A DNA stretch of 64,000 nucleotides from Squalus acanthias (GCA_030390025.1 CM059431.1:98954001-99018000); one strand, 5' to 3'; counted from the first letter of the stretch, positions 26,012 to 38,827 are shown. Program-made: numbers and translations. Notes: generated from the letters alone by a model not told the origin.

Positions 26012-26443
26012 TTTCAAATAAAACTGTTGGACTATAACCTGGTGTTGTGCGACCTCTCAATTCTATTTATGAAGCCCAAGATCCTGTATGCTTTCTTAAC
26101 CGGTTTCTCAACCTGCCCTGCCACCTTCAACAATTTGTGCACATATACCCCTAGGTCTCTCTGTTCATGCACCCCTTTAAAATTGTACCCTTTAGTTTAT
26201 ATTGCCTCTCCTTGTTCTTCCTAACAAAATGTACCACCGCACTTTTCTGCGTTAAATTTAATCTGCCACGTGTCCGCCCATTCCGCCAGCCTGTCTATGT
26301 CCTCTTGAAGTCTATTCCTATCCTCCTCACTGTTCACTATACTTCCAAGTTTGGTGTCATCTGCAAATTTTGAAATGGTGCCCTGTACACCCACATAAGT
26401 GATGATATAAACATAAACTAGGATGAAACCACACCATAGCTGT

Positions 26444-27105
26444 GAGTGGGAGTGGAGCGGACAATTAAAGTGATGGGGGGTCATGCTTACGGACTGAAAG
26501 GAGGTGTTCCGCAAAGATTGGGTGACCGCTTTGCGGAACACCTCCGTTCAGTCCGTAAGCGTGACCCCGAGCTGCCGGTTGCCTGTCACTATAATTCTCC
26601 GCTCCACTCCCACTCTGACCTCTCTGTCCTCGGCCTCTTACATTGTTCCAATGAAGCTCAACGTAAGCTCGAAGAACAGCACCTCATCTTTCGATTAGGC
26701 ACTTTACAGCCTTCTGGACTCAACATCGAGTTCAACAATTTCAGACCATAGCCTCTGCCCCTATTTTTTCACATGGCAGCTGTCGATCATTCTGCCATTG
26801 CCATTTACAACTCATCTACAGTCATCTTTTGTTTCTTTACTTGTCCCATTACCATCTCCTTCTGCCTCGCACCATCCTCCCTTTTGTCATTTAATCTCTC
26901 CTACCTTCCACCCATCGCAGACCTTCACTTTTGTTCTTTCTTCCCTTCCCCCCTTTCCCTGCCCGTACACTTGCTTAAAAACCTGTTACATCTCCAACTT
27001 TTTCCTGTTCTGACGAAGGGTCATTGACCTGAAACGTTAACTCTGTTTCTCTCTCCCCGGATGCTGCCTGACCTGCTGAGTGTTTCCACCATTTACTGTT
27101 TTTAT
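26444..27105 (+). mobile_element. Penelope-like 3' fragment (GIY-YIG C-terminus + pLTR) with 5' fold-back
   Basis: RLGDRFAEHLRSV...VACHYNS...EQHLIFRLGTLQPSGLNIEF; same family as 57092-59180. Confidence 0.9.
27007..27041 (+). ncRNA. Minimal hammerhead ribozyme motif in PLE pLTR
   Basis: GTT-CTGACGA-A-GGGTC(ATT)GACCT-GAAA-CG-TT-AAC. Confidence 0.75.
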
Positions 27106-27269
27106 TATAGTAAATGAGGATCTCAGTATTATCCAAACAAAGGACAGTGCAACAGTGCACTGGGAGTGTCAGCCTGGATTTTGTGCTCAAGTCCTGGGGT
27201 GGGACTCGAACCCTCTAACCTCTGACTCGGAGAGGCGGACGCTGCCCACTGAGCTCAGCTGTCAATCAC

Positions 27270-27930
27270 CTGCCACACGGAGGCAGCGTGAACCCAAACC
27301 CCGCCCCTCACGCTGCCGTACGTCTGCTCATAACCCCGCCCCCCCACTCGTGGGGGGCACGCTGCCGGTCTTCCCCACAGCGCAGGCGCCGGAGCCCGCC
27401 GTCAATCAAATGACGTCACCGGCAACACGCCCCGCCCTCCACAGCGCAGGCGCCGGAGCCCTCCCCGTCAATCACGACGTCACAACCAGTACGCCACGCC
27501 CCCTCTCCCTGGCCCGAGGCCCCGCCCACTGGCCCGCTGACGTCACCGCCGGAGCCCGCCGAGCCCGCGGGTAGGCCGGATCACCATGACAACGGCGGGC
27601 GGCAGGCCGGGCCGGGCCGGGGCCTGAGAGAGAGAGAGACCCGGGGAGAGACTGAGAGAGGCTGCAGCCTCCCCACACACAGCCCGGGGAGAAAGCGAGA
27701 CCTGAGAGACTGAGGGAGAGACCCCTCCCCACACACAGCCCGGGGAGAGAGAGAGAGAGAGAGAGAGGGTGGGCCGGGCCCTGAGAGAGAGGCCCGGGGG
27801 ACAGTTCTAGAGAGAGAGTGGCTGTACCCTCCCCACACAGCCCGGGGGAGAGGGAGGCCGAGCTCCTCCAGAGAGAGAGCAGCAAAAGTTGCTGCAGTTT
27901 GTGAGCGGGCGGCCTGGCAGCAGCTCCTGA
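27270..27930 (+). promoter_or_regulatory. USF3: CpG-island promoter and probable first non-coding exon of USF3
   Basis: Only non-repeat CpG-dense block upstream of the ATG exon; GC boxes (CCCCGCCC), CRE TGACGTCA at 27411-27418 and 27538-27545, X-box-like GTCACCGGCAAC at 27415-27426; candidate donors at 27900|GTGAGC and 28361|GTAAGG. Confidence 0.8.
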
Positions 27931-27939
27931 GGGGGTCTG

Positions 27940-28130
27940 ACCCCCTGACCCTTGCCCCCCTCACCCCCTGAGCCTTGCCCCCTCACCCTTGCCCCCTCAT
28001 CCCCTGAGCCTTGCCCCCTCACCCCCTGTCCCTTGCCCCCTGTGACCCTTGCCCTCTCACCCCCTGACCCTTGCCCCCCTCACCCCCTGAGCCTTGCCCC
28101 CCTCACCCCCTGCGCCTTGCCCCCACCCTG
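27940..28130. repeat. C-rich imperfect ~21-bp tandem repeat
   Basis: Repeated CCCCTCACCCCCTGAGCCTTGC-like units; G-run-rich on the minus strand. Confidence 0.8.
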
Positions 28131-28462
28131 GGGCCTGTGTGGAGGGAGTGGGTCTTTCTTTTTTTGCTTTGATGGTTTGCTGGAGGCTGAGAGCCCAGGA
28201 TCCTGGCCTGGCCAGTCCTGGACCCTGAGCCCCCCCCACTCCGCCACCCACTGTATACCCCCCCGCCCGAAGGATGTGAGCCAGGGGGGAAATGTGGGCA
28301 CCAACCGCCAGGACCACGCGGGAGGCCGCAGCACCAGACTCCTTCCCCACTGTACCCTGAGGTAAGGCTGGGGCTTTTATGGGGGTGGGTGTGTGATGGG
28401 TGGTCGATGATCCTGCCCCGTTCCGACAGCGCCGTCTCTCAGTTCCGCACCCAAAGTGTTAA

Positions 28463-28900
28463 CCTGTGGCTCGGTGGGCAGCACTCTCGCTTCTCGTGGG
28501 TTCGAGTTGCATTCCAGAGACTTGAGCGCATAATCTAAGCCGACATTCCCAGTGCAGTACTGAGGGAGTGCTGCACTGTTGGAGGTGCGGTCTTTTGGAT
28601 GAGACATTAAACTGAGGCCCCATCTGCCCTCTCAGGTGGATGTAAAAGATCCAGCGGCACTATTTAGAAGAGCAGGGGAGTTCTTCCCGGTGGCCTAGCC
28701 AATATTAATCTCTCAATCAACATCACTAAAAACATTGCCTATTATTGATCTCATTGCTGTTTGTGGGAGCTTGCTGTGCGCAAATTGGCTGCCGTGTTTC
28801 CTACAACAGTGGCTACACTTCAAAAGTACTTAATTGGCTGTAAAGCGCTTTGGGGCGTCCTGAGGTCATGAAAGGCGTTAAAGAAATGCAAGTTCGTTCT
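28463..28900 (+). mobile_element. Deu-domain (SacSINE1-like) SINE
   Basis: TGGCTCGGTGG A box, GGTTCGAGT B box, GGATGAGACATTAAAC core. Confidence 0.8.
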
Positions 28901-29524
28901 TTTCTATCTTTTATCTCTTTGCCGATGTTCTCTGATTTCCATCGCTCCACCATTGGCAGCTGTGCCTTCAGCTATCTAGACCCTAAGCTCTAGAATTCCC
29001 TCCCTAAACCTCTCCACCTCTCTAACTTTCTCCTCCTTTAAGACGCTCCTTAAAACCTACCTCTTTGACTAAGCTTTTCGTCATCTGCCCTAATATCTCC
29101 TTATCTGGCTCGGTGTCAACTGTTGTCTGATAATCGCTCCTGTGAAATGTCTTGGGATGTTTTACTATGTTAAAGGTGCTATATAAATGCAAGTTGATCA
29201 GCTGCTGTGTGTCTCCAGCATTGTCTGGTCTTGTTGCAGATTTCCAGTTTGTGTATTATCGCTCTCTTACCCCTGCATTGTGTTTTTGCGGTTCTCGTGA
29301 TTGTCAAAGTACGCACTCTACACCTTGCTTTCGCCCAGTGCGGACTTGCTGCGTCTGCCATTCTACCTGCACAGGTGTGTGCTTTGTTACTTCCGATCCA
29401 CTTGATGCGCTTAAGGGGAATCTAAATAAGTACACCAGGGAGAAAGGAATAGAAGGATATGCTGAAGAAAGACTTGCATTTATATAGCGCCTTTCACGAC
29501 CTCAGGACGTCCCAAAGCGCTTTA

Positions 29525-30927
29525 CATAAAATTACAAAGAGATATTAATAGATTAAGTGATTGGGCAAAACTGTGGCAAATGGATTTCAATGTAGGCAAA
29601 TGTGAGGTCATCCACTTTGGACCTAAAAAGGATAGAACAGGGTACTTTCTAAATGGTGAAAAACTAAAAACAGTGTAGGTCCAAAGAGACTTGGGGGTCC
29701 AGGTACATAGATCATTAAAATGTCATGAACAGGTACAGAAAGTATTCAAAAAGTTTAATGGAATGCTGGCCTCGATCTAGATGACTAGAATACAAGGGGG
29801 TACCTGCAGCTATACAAAACCTTGGTTAGAACACACCTGGAGTACTGTGAGCAGTTCTGGGCAACACACCTTCGGAAGGATCTATTGGTCTTGGAGGGGA
29901 GTACAGCTTAGATTTACCAGAATGATACCCGGACTTCAAGGGTTAAGTTACGATGAGAGATTACACAAATTAGGGTTGTATTCCCTGGAATTTAGAAGGT
30001 TAAGGGGCGATCTGATCGAAGTTTTCAGGATATTAAGGGGAACAGATAGGGTAGATAGAGAGAACCTATTTCCGCTGATTTGGGATTCTAGGACTAGGGA
30101 GCATAGTCTAAAAATTAGAGCCAGACCTTTTCAGGAGTGAAATTAGAAAACACTTCTACACAGAAAGGGTGGTACAAGTTTGGAACTCTCTTCCGCAAAT
30201 GGCAATTGATGCTAGATCAATTGTTAATTTTAAATCTGAGATTGATAGATGGGGAAAGGCTGTTCCCACTAGTTAATGGTACAAGGACTAGGGGACACAG
30301 ATTTAAGATTTTGGGCAAGAGATACAGGGGGGATGTGAGGAAAAACTTTTTTACACAGCGAGTGGCGAGGACCTGGAACTCGCTGCCGACAGAAGTGGTG
30401 GAAGTGGACACCCTCAATGTTTTCAAGGGGAGACTGGATAGGCACTTGAGGGAAATAAACTTGCAGGGCTACGGGGATAGAAGGGGGGGAATGGGTCTGA
30501 CTCGATTGCTCTGCAGAGAGCCGGCATGGACTCGATGGACCGAATGGCCTCCTTCTGTGCCGTTATGACTCTATGACTGATAGATATAACCAAAGGTATT
30601 AAGGGATATGGGCCAAAGGCGGGTATATGGAGTTAGGTCACAGATCAGCCACGATCTCATTGAATGGCGGAACAGGCTCGAGGGACTCAATGGCCTCCTC
30701 CTGTTCCTACGTAGCGAGTTGTTGTGATCTGGAATGCGCTGCCTGAAAGGGCGGTGGAAGCAGATTCAATGATGGTTTTCAAAAGGGAATTGGAAAAATA
30801 CTTGAAAAGGAGAACATTGCAGGGCTATGGGGAAAGAGCAGGGGAGTGGGAATAATTAGATAGCTCTTTCAAAGAGCCGGCACGGGCACAATGGACCGAA
30901 TGGCCTCCTTCTCTGCTATATGATTCT
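29525..30927 (+). mobile_element. CR1 fragments with a nested CR1 3' end (30251-30577)
   Basis: RT C-terminal peptides; TSD TGATAGAT at 30243-30250/30578-30585. Confidence 0.85.
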
Positions 30928-32826
30928 AAAAGAGTGGTTTTAGTTCTTCTGCTGACCCTGCAATTGGTAGGCCTGTTGGTATTACTGCTGCGTCTGTAAC
31001 CACCAGCAAGGAATAGAATTGGGAACTTGGTAGTCTATTTACTGGATATTTTTGGTCTTCAGATAAAGCCTTTCAATTAATCTGAGCCTGTTCTCCCCCT
31101 GTACACTTGCCTTTAGTCACTGGCTGCAGGTTGCTTTTCTTAGTTCCCTATCTCAGAGTCTGACTCCAGATTCCTTACTGACCTCTGAATTGCAATCAAA
31201 GTTTGGCATATACTACATATATCCAATTCCCTTTTGAAAGTTATTATTGAATCTGCTTCCACTGCCCTTTCAGGCAGCGCATTCCAGATCACAACAACTC
31301 GCTGCGTAAAAACATTCTCCTCGTCTCCCCCTTTGGTTCTTTTGCCAATTACCTTAAATCTGCGGCCCCGCCAGTGGAAACAGTTTCATATTTAACCGCT
31401 CATGATTTTGAACTCCTATTAAATCTCCCCGTAACCTTCTCTGTTCTAAGGAGAACAATCCCAGCTTCTCCAGTCCCTCCACTTAACTGACGTTCTTACT
31501 GAATGTTAAAATCCCAGATCTTTATTGAATCAACACCTGAGTGACTCCTTGAGAGAATTGCTGTTTTTTTTTGCTCTTACAAGTGTGTGAAATTATGGTC
31601 AGGTAACGGGAGGCTTTCTGTATTTGTACACTTCTCGACAGGTCTTCAGCATACGTAGAGTTCCACTGCAACTGCTTCATGTCCAATATCAGGGAAGCTT
31701 GTGTTGGCAGCGTTTCCGAGCCTGTATCGACATAAGCATTGCTCCTGTTGTTAGAGCGCTGACTGGTACCAGTGTGGGCCCACTTATGTTTCTCGACCTG
31801 TTGCAAGTCGGGACTGCAGACAAGTACAACCTGTTCGTGTATTGATTTACTTGGTGTGTGCTGCGTGATAGCAGTAGAGAGCCCTGGTTATGGACTGGAC
31901 AATTATTTGGTGTATAATTTGCAGTTACTGCCAGCAGTATATAGAGAGTTATGTTATTATTCAGTCTGGTTTATCACCTTTAATAATTTAATTGCATTTC
32001 ATCCATGTTCAGTGTCCTCCTCTTCCCCTTATAATGTGCTCTGATACATTAGTCTGTATGAGAAACACTATATACATGTAAGTTGCTTGAACTACCCAGT
32101 TCATATGGTGCTGTAAATGGTGAAATCATTGTTAGGGAAATTGGGTAAAGTTCGCACAATTAGAGGAAGAGCGATAAGTGATGTGTTCATGACAATATCA
32201 CTTGATATCTTGTATTTTAACGTAGATATGACACACTTTGAGCATTACATAGAATGTTTCAGTAGTTACAATTCTTTAGTAACTTTACTATTGGAACTGT
32301 AACATGATTCTTTATAGAATCACAATTTCACAGAGCTAATTTAAAAAGAAAGTTGTTTAGAGTTCTACTTATGAAGTGATCCCACCTTATTAGACAGTGG
32401 GTTCCTTTGGATGTGTGCTAATTCGGATGCAAGTTCATGAGAAGCCGTGTAAGAAATGCTCTTGTAAACGGCGCCGAGTTAGTTCAGTTACTTTAACTCG
32501 GCTTCAGACAGTGACTTTTTAATCCTAACACTCGATGCTTTTGCAATGAGGCACATCGGATGCCAGACATGAAAGCATGCGCGTTGGCCATAAAGCACCG
32601 ATCCAAGTAAGAGATCGTATATTATGTTGTCGTGTTTATTTGCAACACCAGATTTCTGATTGGTCCCCTTGGAAGACAAGACATACCTAACAGTTTGTCT
32701 GGAATGTGCAATTAGATCCTGCCTGCTGGAGAGTAATCAAGTTCTTTGCAATGTGCAATTTGATCCATTCATTGTGACAGCCAGGCTCCAGAGCTCACCG
32801 TGCTAACACTACCGCTTTCAGAGAAC

Positions 32827-34177
32827 ATAAGAACATGGAGCAGGAGTAGGCCATTCGGCCCTTCGAGCCTGCTCTGCCATTCAATGAGATCATGGCTGAT
32901 CTTCTGCCTCTGCGTCATATCCCTTGATACCTTAACTAGTCAGAAATCTATCGACTTCTGTTTTGAATATACCCAATGACTGAGCCTCCACAGCCCTCTG
33001 GGGTAGAGAATTCCAAAGATTCACCACCCTCTGTGTGAAGAAATTTCTTCTCATCTCAGTCCTGAATGGCCTACCCTTTATCCTGAGGCTGTGGCCCCTG
33101 GTTCTAGACTCCCCAGCCAAGGGAAACATTCTCCCAGCATCCACCCTATCAAGCCCTGTAATAATTTTGTATGCTTCAATGAGATCCCCACTCATTCTTC
33201 TGAATTCAAGAGAATACAGGCCTAGTTTACTCAATCTCTTCTCATACGACAGTCCCGCCATCCCAGGAATCAATCTCGTGAACCTTTGTTGCACTCCCTC
33301 TATGGCAAGTATATCCTTCCTTAGGTAAGGAGACGAAAATTGTACACAGTACTCCAGGTGTGGTCTCACCAAGGCCCTATATAATTGGAGTAAGACTTCT
33401 TTACTCCTGTACTCTCATCCTCTTGTAATGAAGGCCAGCATACCATTTGCCTTCCTAATGGCTTGCTGCACCTGCACATTCACTTTCACTTTCAGTGACT
33501 CATGTACAAGGACACCCAGGTCCCTTTGAGTATCTGCATTCCCCAATCTTTCACCATTTAGGAAATACTCTGCCTTTCTGTTTTTTCTACCAAAGTGGAT
33601 AACTTCACATTTATCCACATTATATTCCATCTGCCATGTTCTCGTCCACTCACTGAGCCTGTCGAGATCCCCTTGAAGCCTTTTCACATCCTCTTCACAA
33701 CTGACACTGCCACCTGGCTTTGTATCATCAGCAAATTTGGAAATGTTACATTTAGTCCCCTCATCCAAATCATTGATATAGATTGTGAATAGCTGGGGCC
33801 CAAGCACTGATCCTTGCAGTACTCCACTAGTCACAGCCTGCCATCCTGAAAAAGACCTGTTTATCCCTACTCTTTGTTTTCTGTCTGTTATTCAATTCTC
33901 AATCCATGCTAGTATATTACCCCCAATTCCATGTGCCCTAATTTTGTTCACCAACCTCTTGTGTGGGACCTTATCGAATGCCTTCTGAAAATCCAGATAC
34001 ACCACATCTACCGGTTCCCCTTTGTCTACTCCACTAGTTACATCCTCAAAGAACTCCAATAGGTTTGTCAAACAGGATTTCCCTTTCATAAATCCATGTT
34101 GACTCTGCCCAATCTTACTATTAGTTTCTAAGTGCCCAGTTATTGCATCCTTTATAATAGATTCCAGCATTTTCCTG
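32827..34177 (-). mobile_element. CR1 LINE, 5'-truncated RT
   Basis: LDFQKAFDKV, QGSVLGP, FADD; TSD TTCAGAGAAC at 32817-32826/34178-34187. Confidence 0.93.
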
Positions 34178-34309
34178 TTCAGAGAACGGACAGGGCTCAC
34201 CCTCCCCGGGTTAGGTGCGCTCACACTGCCGAGTTCAGATAGGAAGGGGTGAGGCCATGGAGGGACTTCAACATAAGGATGAGAATTTTAAAATCAAGTT
34301 GTTGGTGGA

Positions 34310-34456
34310 CAGTGTTCCCCCTAATTTTATTTTTGGTTGCGCGGTCCCTTTAACGGGCTGCACGGCCCATTCAAAATCTCCCATTCAAAAGCCAGTGAGC
34401 GGTCTGCGCGAGACCGCCAGAGGGCTGTGTGGCCGCGCAGCTTAGCGGGAACGTTG
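34310..34456. mobile_element. hAT-type MITE inserted in an L2 fragment
   Basis: CAGTGTTCCC...GGGAACGTTG with 8-bp TSD TTGGTGGA at 34302-34309/34457-34464. Confidence 0.88.
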
Positions 34457-35171
34457 TTGGTGGACCGTGAGCCATTGTCAACGAGCATGGGATGATGGGT
34501 GAATGGGACTTGCTGCGTGTTAGGACATGGGCAGCAGAGTTTTGGATGAGCTCAAGTTCATTGACGGTGGACTGTAGGAGGCTGGCCAGGAGAACTTTGG
34601 AATAGTCGAGTCGTCAAATAACACATAAATGTAATGTTATGCACGTTGTTGGACCAACTCAGAATACGCTCTCATTTTTTAACATTCATTTATTTATTGC
34701 CCATCTCTAGTTGCCCTTGAGTTGAGAGGGTGGTCATGTGCTGCCTTCTTGAACCGCTGCGGCCTGGGGGGGGGGCGGGTGTGGTGGTGTGGGTGTAAAG
34801 GGGGTGGGGCTGGAAGAACGTGATCCAGGCCTAACGGAGACCGGGAAAACGTACTCTATCTTCCCATTTGGATCACATTCTTGCTCTGATCCCCCCAACC
34901 CTCCTTTAGACCTGATTTTAATCGCTCCACCATTGGCGGCCGTGCCTTCAGCTGCCTGGGCCCTAAGCTCTGGAATTCCCTCCCGAAACCTTTCTGCCTC
35001 GCCACATCTCTTTCATTCTTAAAACCTACCTCTTTGACCAAGCTTTTAGTCATCTGCCCTAATATCTCCTTGTGTGGTTCGGTGTCAAATTTTGTTTGAT
35101 AATCGCTCCTGTGAAGTGCCTTGGCATGTTTTACTACGATAAAGGCGCTATATAAACACAAGTTATTGTTG

Positions 35172-35535
35172 CAGTGTAGGAAACGCGGCAACCAAATTAC
35201 TCACGGCAAGGTCCCACAAACAGCAATGTGATAATGACCAGATAATCTGTTCTAGTGACGTTGAATTGAGGGATAAATATTGGCCAGGACACCGGGGAGA
35301 ACTCCCCTGCTCTTCTTCGAAATAGTGCTGAGAGATCTCTTACGTCCACTGAGAGGACAGACGGGGCCTCGGTTTAACGTCTCATCCGAAAGTCACCACC
35401 TTCGACAGTGCAGCGCTCCCTCAGTACTGCACTGGAGTGTTGGCCTTGATTTTTGTGCTCAAGTCTCTGGAGTGGGACATGAACCCACAACCTCCTGACT
35501 CAGAGGCGAGAGTGCGACCGACTGAGCCATGGCTG
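35172..35535 (-). mobile_element. Deu-domain SINE
   Basis: Paralogue of 4612-5052. Confidence 0.8.
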
Positions 35536-37267
35536 AGGTGATCGTGAGGTGAAAATCTCCTTTACCAACTTTTAGTGAATGTGTAAACTGAGCTCAGGCA
35601 GTCTGAAACCACAGCACAAACTAGATGATGTTTTGGAACTAAATTGACAATCTTGCCAATTTGAGCTGTAGAAGAAGGTTGTGATAATTCACTTGGGGAC
35701 TAACAGTCCATTAATAATGCAGAGACCATAAGCATCATTGGAGGAGGAATGGACAAGTCACTAGGTTTGAAGAATGTTCCTTGTTGGGCCTCACTTGTGG
35801 AGCAGAGATGGAAGTAAATAACCTGGGAGTGTTTCATACTGGCATTGGGTACCAAAAGCAGAAAATTATTTAATTCACCTTTCTGAGCACAAAAATCTGC
35901 CTGAAAATCAAAAAGTCAGCGAAGTTTTCCAGTGTACAGCGGGTCTGAAAGTTCAATCGGCCTGTCTGTTCCAGTCTGAAAAAAGTCCCAACTAAATGGC
36001 CCCTAGTTAGTGGTTCTGTGTGTCAGTAGACCTGTGATAGTTGCAGATCATTAAGAGCATATTTATTTAGGAAGTGGGTTGAGACTTACTCAGTGTAAGT
36101 AATAAAATAATTTAGTATTGATTTTGGTGTTTCATTGGAATTGACAATCCGACACTTGCCTGGATGAGTGCAGCTCCAACAACACTCAAGAAGCTCGATA
36201 CCATCCAGGACACAGCAGCCCGCTTGATTGGCACCCCATCATCGTTGCTCCCTCCCTAACAGCACTGTGGGAGTACCTTCACCACACGGACTGCAGCGGT
36301 TCAGGAAGGCAGCTCACCACTACCTGCTCAAGGGCAACTAGGGATGGGCAATAAATGCTGGCCTTGCCAGCGACGCCCACATCCCATGAACGAATATTTA
36401 GAAAAAAGTCATTTCTGGTCATTCTACTGGTGCCAGCTCACAGATTCAATTCCACGTCCAGCACATGCTGGAGTTTGAATTAGTGACCTCTGGGTTGCCA
36501 GTGAGGAAGACATAGAAGTTATTCGAAGATGCAACACTTATTGGATGTCAGCAACTTGCGCCGTTTCTGCACTCAAGTTGCACCAGAGCTGCACCAATAA
36601 TATTTAAATTAACTTACCCCTGCAAACTTGTGAGTTACTCCCCCTGCTGGTGAATGCCGGAACTTTCTGCCGCGACAATGGTGCAACGATGGTGCAACTG
36701 ACATCGAGGACATTCAGGGCCAGTTTCTCGACGGGATTTGTGTTAAATTCAAAGTACTTCACAATTCTAAACAAGGCAGGTGTGAAGTTTTGCATTAAAC
36801 GGAGTGAATGTGTGCAATTCCAATCTGGTTGAGGGCTTTTACTTTTGGGTGTTATTACAAACTTTGAATTAACTCAAAGTTCTGTGAAAATCCCATGTTT
36901 TTGTGTCTGCGGTTGTTGTGCAATGAGGCTCTCAAACATACAGTCAAAAGCGGTTGAGTGCATACCCGATAAGTTATTAGAAATTTGGAATTTGCATCGG
37001 GTTGGAGAGGAACATCTTTCTACGTTAAAGATCTAAACCTGAATCTGCTTGGAATCTAAATATGATCTTGTTCAGAAAATGGCAACATGCTGTTTCCCCT
37101 TGGCACATTGGGCTGGACATCCCACCTATTCACAGTCAGTGGCTGGAACATATAGGCAATTGTTTGTGTTGACAGAGTGGATTGCAGACTGTAAGTGGAG
37201 TGAAATGCTGTTATCGTTAACATTCCATGGCCCAGAATTTGCGGTCAGCAGCGAAGCAAAGGTGTTC

Positions 37268-38303
37268 TCTCGTGTCCCCCAAGGATCTATCCTTGGCCCC
37301 CTCCTATTTCTCATCTACATGTTGCCCCTTGGCGACATCATCCAAAAACACAGCATCAGTTTCCACAGATACGCTGCCGACACCCAGCTCTACCTCACCA
37401 CCACTTCTCTCGACCCCTCCACGGTCTCTAAATTGTCAGACTGCTTGTCCGACATCCAGTTCTGGATGAGCAGAAATTTTCTCCAATTAAATATTGGGAA
37501 GACCGAAGCCATTGTTTTCGGTCCCCGCCACAAACTCCGTTCCCTAGCCACTGACTCCATCCCTCTCCCTAACATCTGTCTGTGGCTGAACCACACTGTT
37601 TGCAACCTTGGTGTCATATTTGACCCTGAAATGAGCTTCCAACCACATATCCGCAGCATAACTAAGACCGCCTATTTCCACCTCCGTAACATCGCCCGTC
37701 TCCGCCCTTGCCTCAGCTCATCCGCTGCTGAAACCCTCAACCATGCCTTTGTTATCTCGAGACTTGACTATTCCAACGCACTCCTGGCTGGCCTCCCACA
37801 TTCCACCCTACGTAAACTTGAGGTGATCCAAAACTCGGCTGTCCGTGTCCTAACTCGCACCAAGTCCCGTTCACCCATCACCCCTGTGCTCGCTGACCTA
37901 CATTGGCTCCCGGTTTCAAAATTCTCATCCTTGTTTTCAAATCCCTCCCTAGCTCTGTAATCTCCTTCAGCCCCCTCCCCCCCTCTCTCCCCCCCCCCCC
38001 CCCCCCCCGAGATATCTGCGCTCCTCTAATTCTGCCCTCTTGAGCATCCCTGATTATAACCGCTCAGCCATTGGTGGCCGTGCCTTCTGTTGCCTAGGCC
38101 CTAAGCTCTGGAATTCCCTGCCTAAACCTCTCCGCCTCGCGCCTTAAAACCTACCTCTTTGACCAAGCTTTTGGTCACCTGCCCTAATTTCTCCTTATGT
38201 GGCTCGGTGTCAAATTTTTTTGTCTTTTAATACTCCTGTGAAACGCCTTGGGACGTTTTACTACGTTAAAGGCGCTATATAAATACTTGTTGTTGTTGTT
38301 GTT
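37268..38303 (+). mobile_element. L2 LINE 3' part (RT C-terminal half)
   Basis: VPQGSILGPLLFLIYM, YAADTQLY, NLGVIFD; (GTT)n tail; near-identical to 2719-3440. Confidence 0.93.
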
Positions 38304-38827
38304 CGCCTCTGGCCCTGAAGAAAGCTGCCCACAGATCTTGCGATCTCTGTGGCGAGAAGTTTGCCTTTTTTGACGCGCAAGTGATAGCGGTGCAATATAA
38401 TGGGGAATCCCCAACGCGATCTGCTGTGACATCGACAAGCTGTCTAAGCAGCCAATCACATTGCAGAATTCTCACAGACAGGGAAGCAGAAAATAAGAAT
38501 CTGCTTTTATTCGGACTTTTTAAAAATGTTGGAGAGCAAAACAAAGATTGGGGCTCTCACATGGGGATAAGGTAGAACTTGAAATATCATTAAAACATTA
38601 AAAAAAAATGTTTCTTAAAAATTGTAATTTTTATCATTATGGAGAAATTTGACACTCCACAAAATGAAAATTAGTTTTTCAGGGCCATAACGTTTGTTTA
38701 GCAGTCAATATGCTGTTAAAATCCCAGTTACACCTAATCCAACAGGGCGTAACATTTAATGGGGTGTTTAACAGTGATATTACCGCAGAAAAGCCAAAAT
38801 TTTCGTCAGTTTCACTGATTGCCGGCT

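Larger units (their letters stand above)
25106..26061 (+). mobile_element. Penelope-like element: ORF C-terminus and pLTR, preceded by an inverted pLTR
   Basis: Spacer region encodes IAKFRTHEDGLNRDLGFMSRYMT* (PLE GIY-YIG C-terminal GLN motif); inverted arms 25137-25568/25631-26062; TSD TCTATTTATGAAGC at 25092-25105/26062-26075. Confidence 0.88.
24195..26395 (-). mobile_element. CR1 3' part hosting three younger insertions
   Basis: CR1 peptides (LEKLGLFSLEQRRLR, LVRPQLEYCV, FADDTKLG) interrupted at 24357-24444, 24767-25014 and 25106-26061. Confidence 0.88.

Noticed and set aside
27080..28365. Several ORFs over the CpG island
   Set aside because: Expected stop-codon scarcity in GC-rich repetitive promoter DNA
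37049..37960. 303-aa host-RT fusion ORF
   Set aside because: Chance read-through from flank and TIR element into an L2 fragment; catalytic YADD is mutated to YAAD
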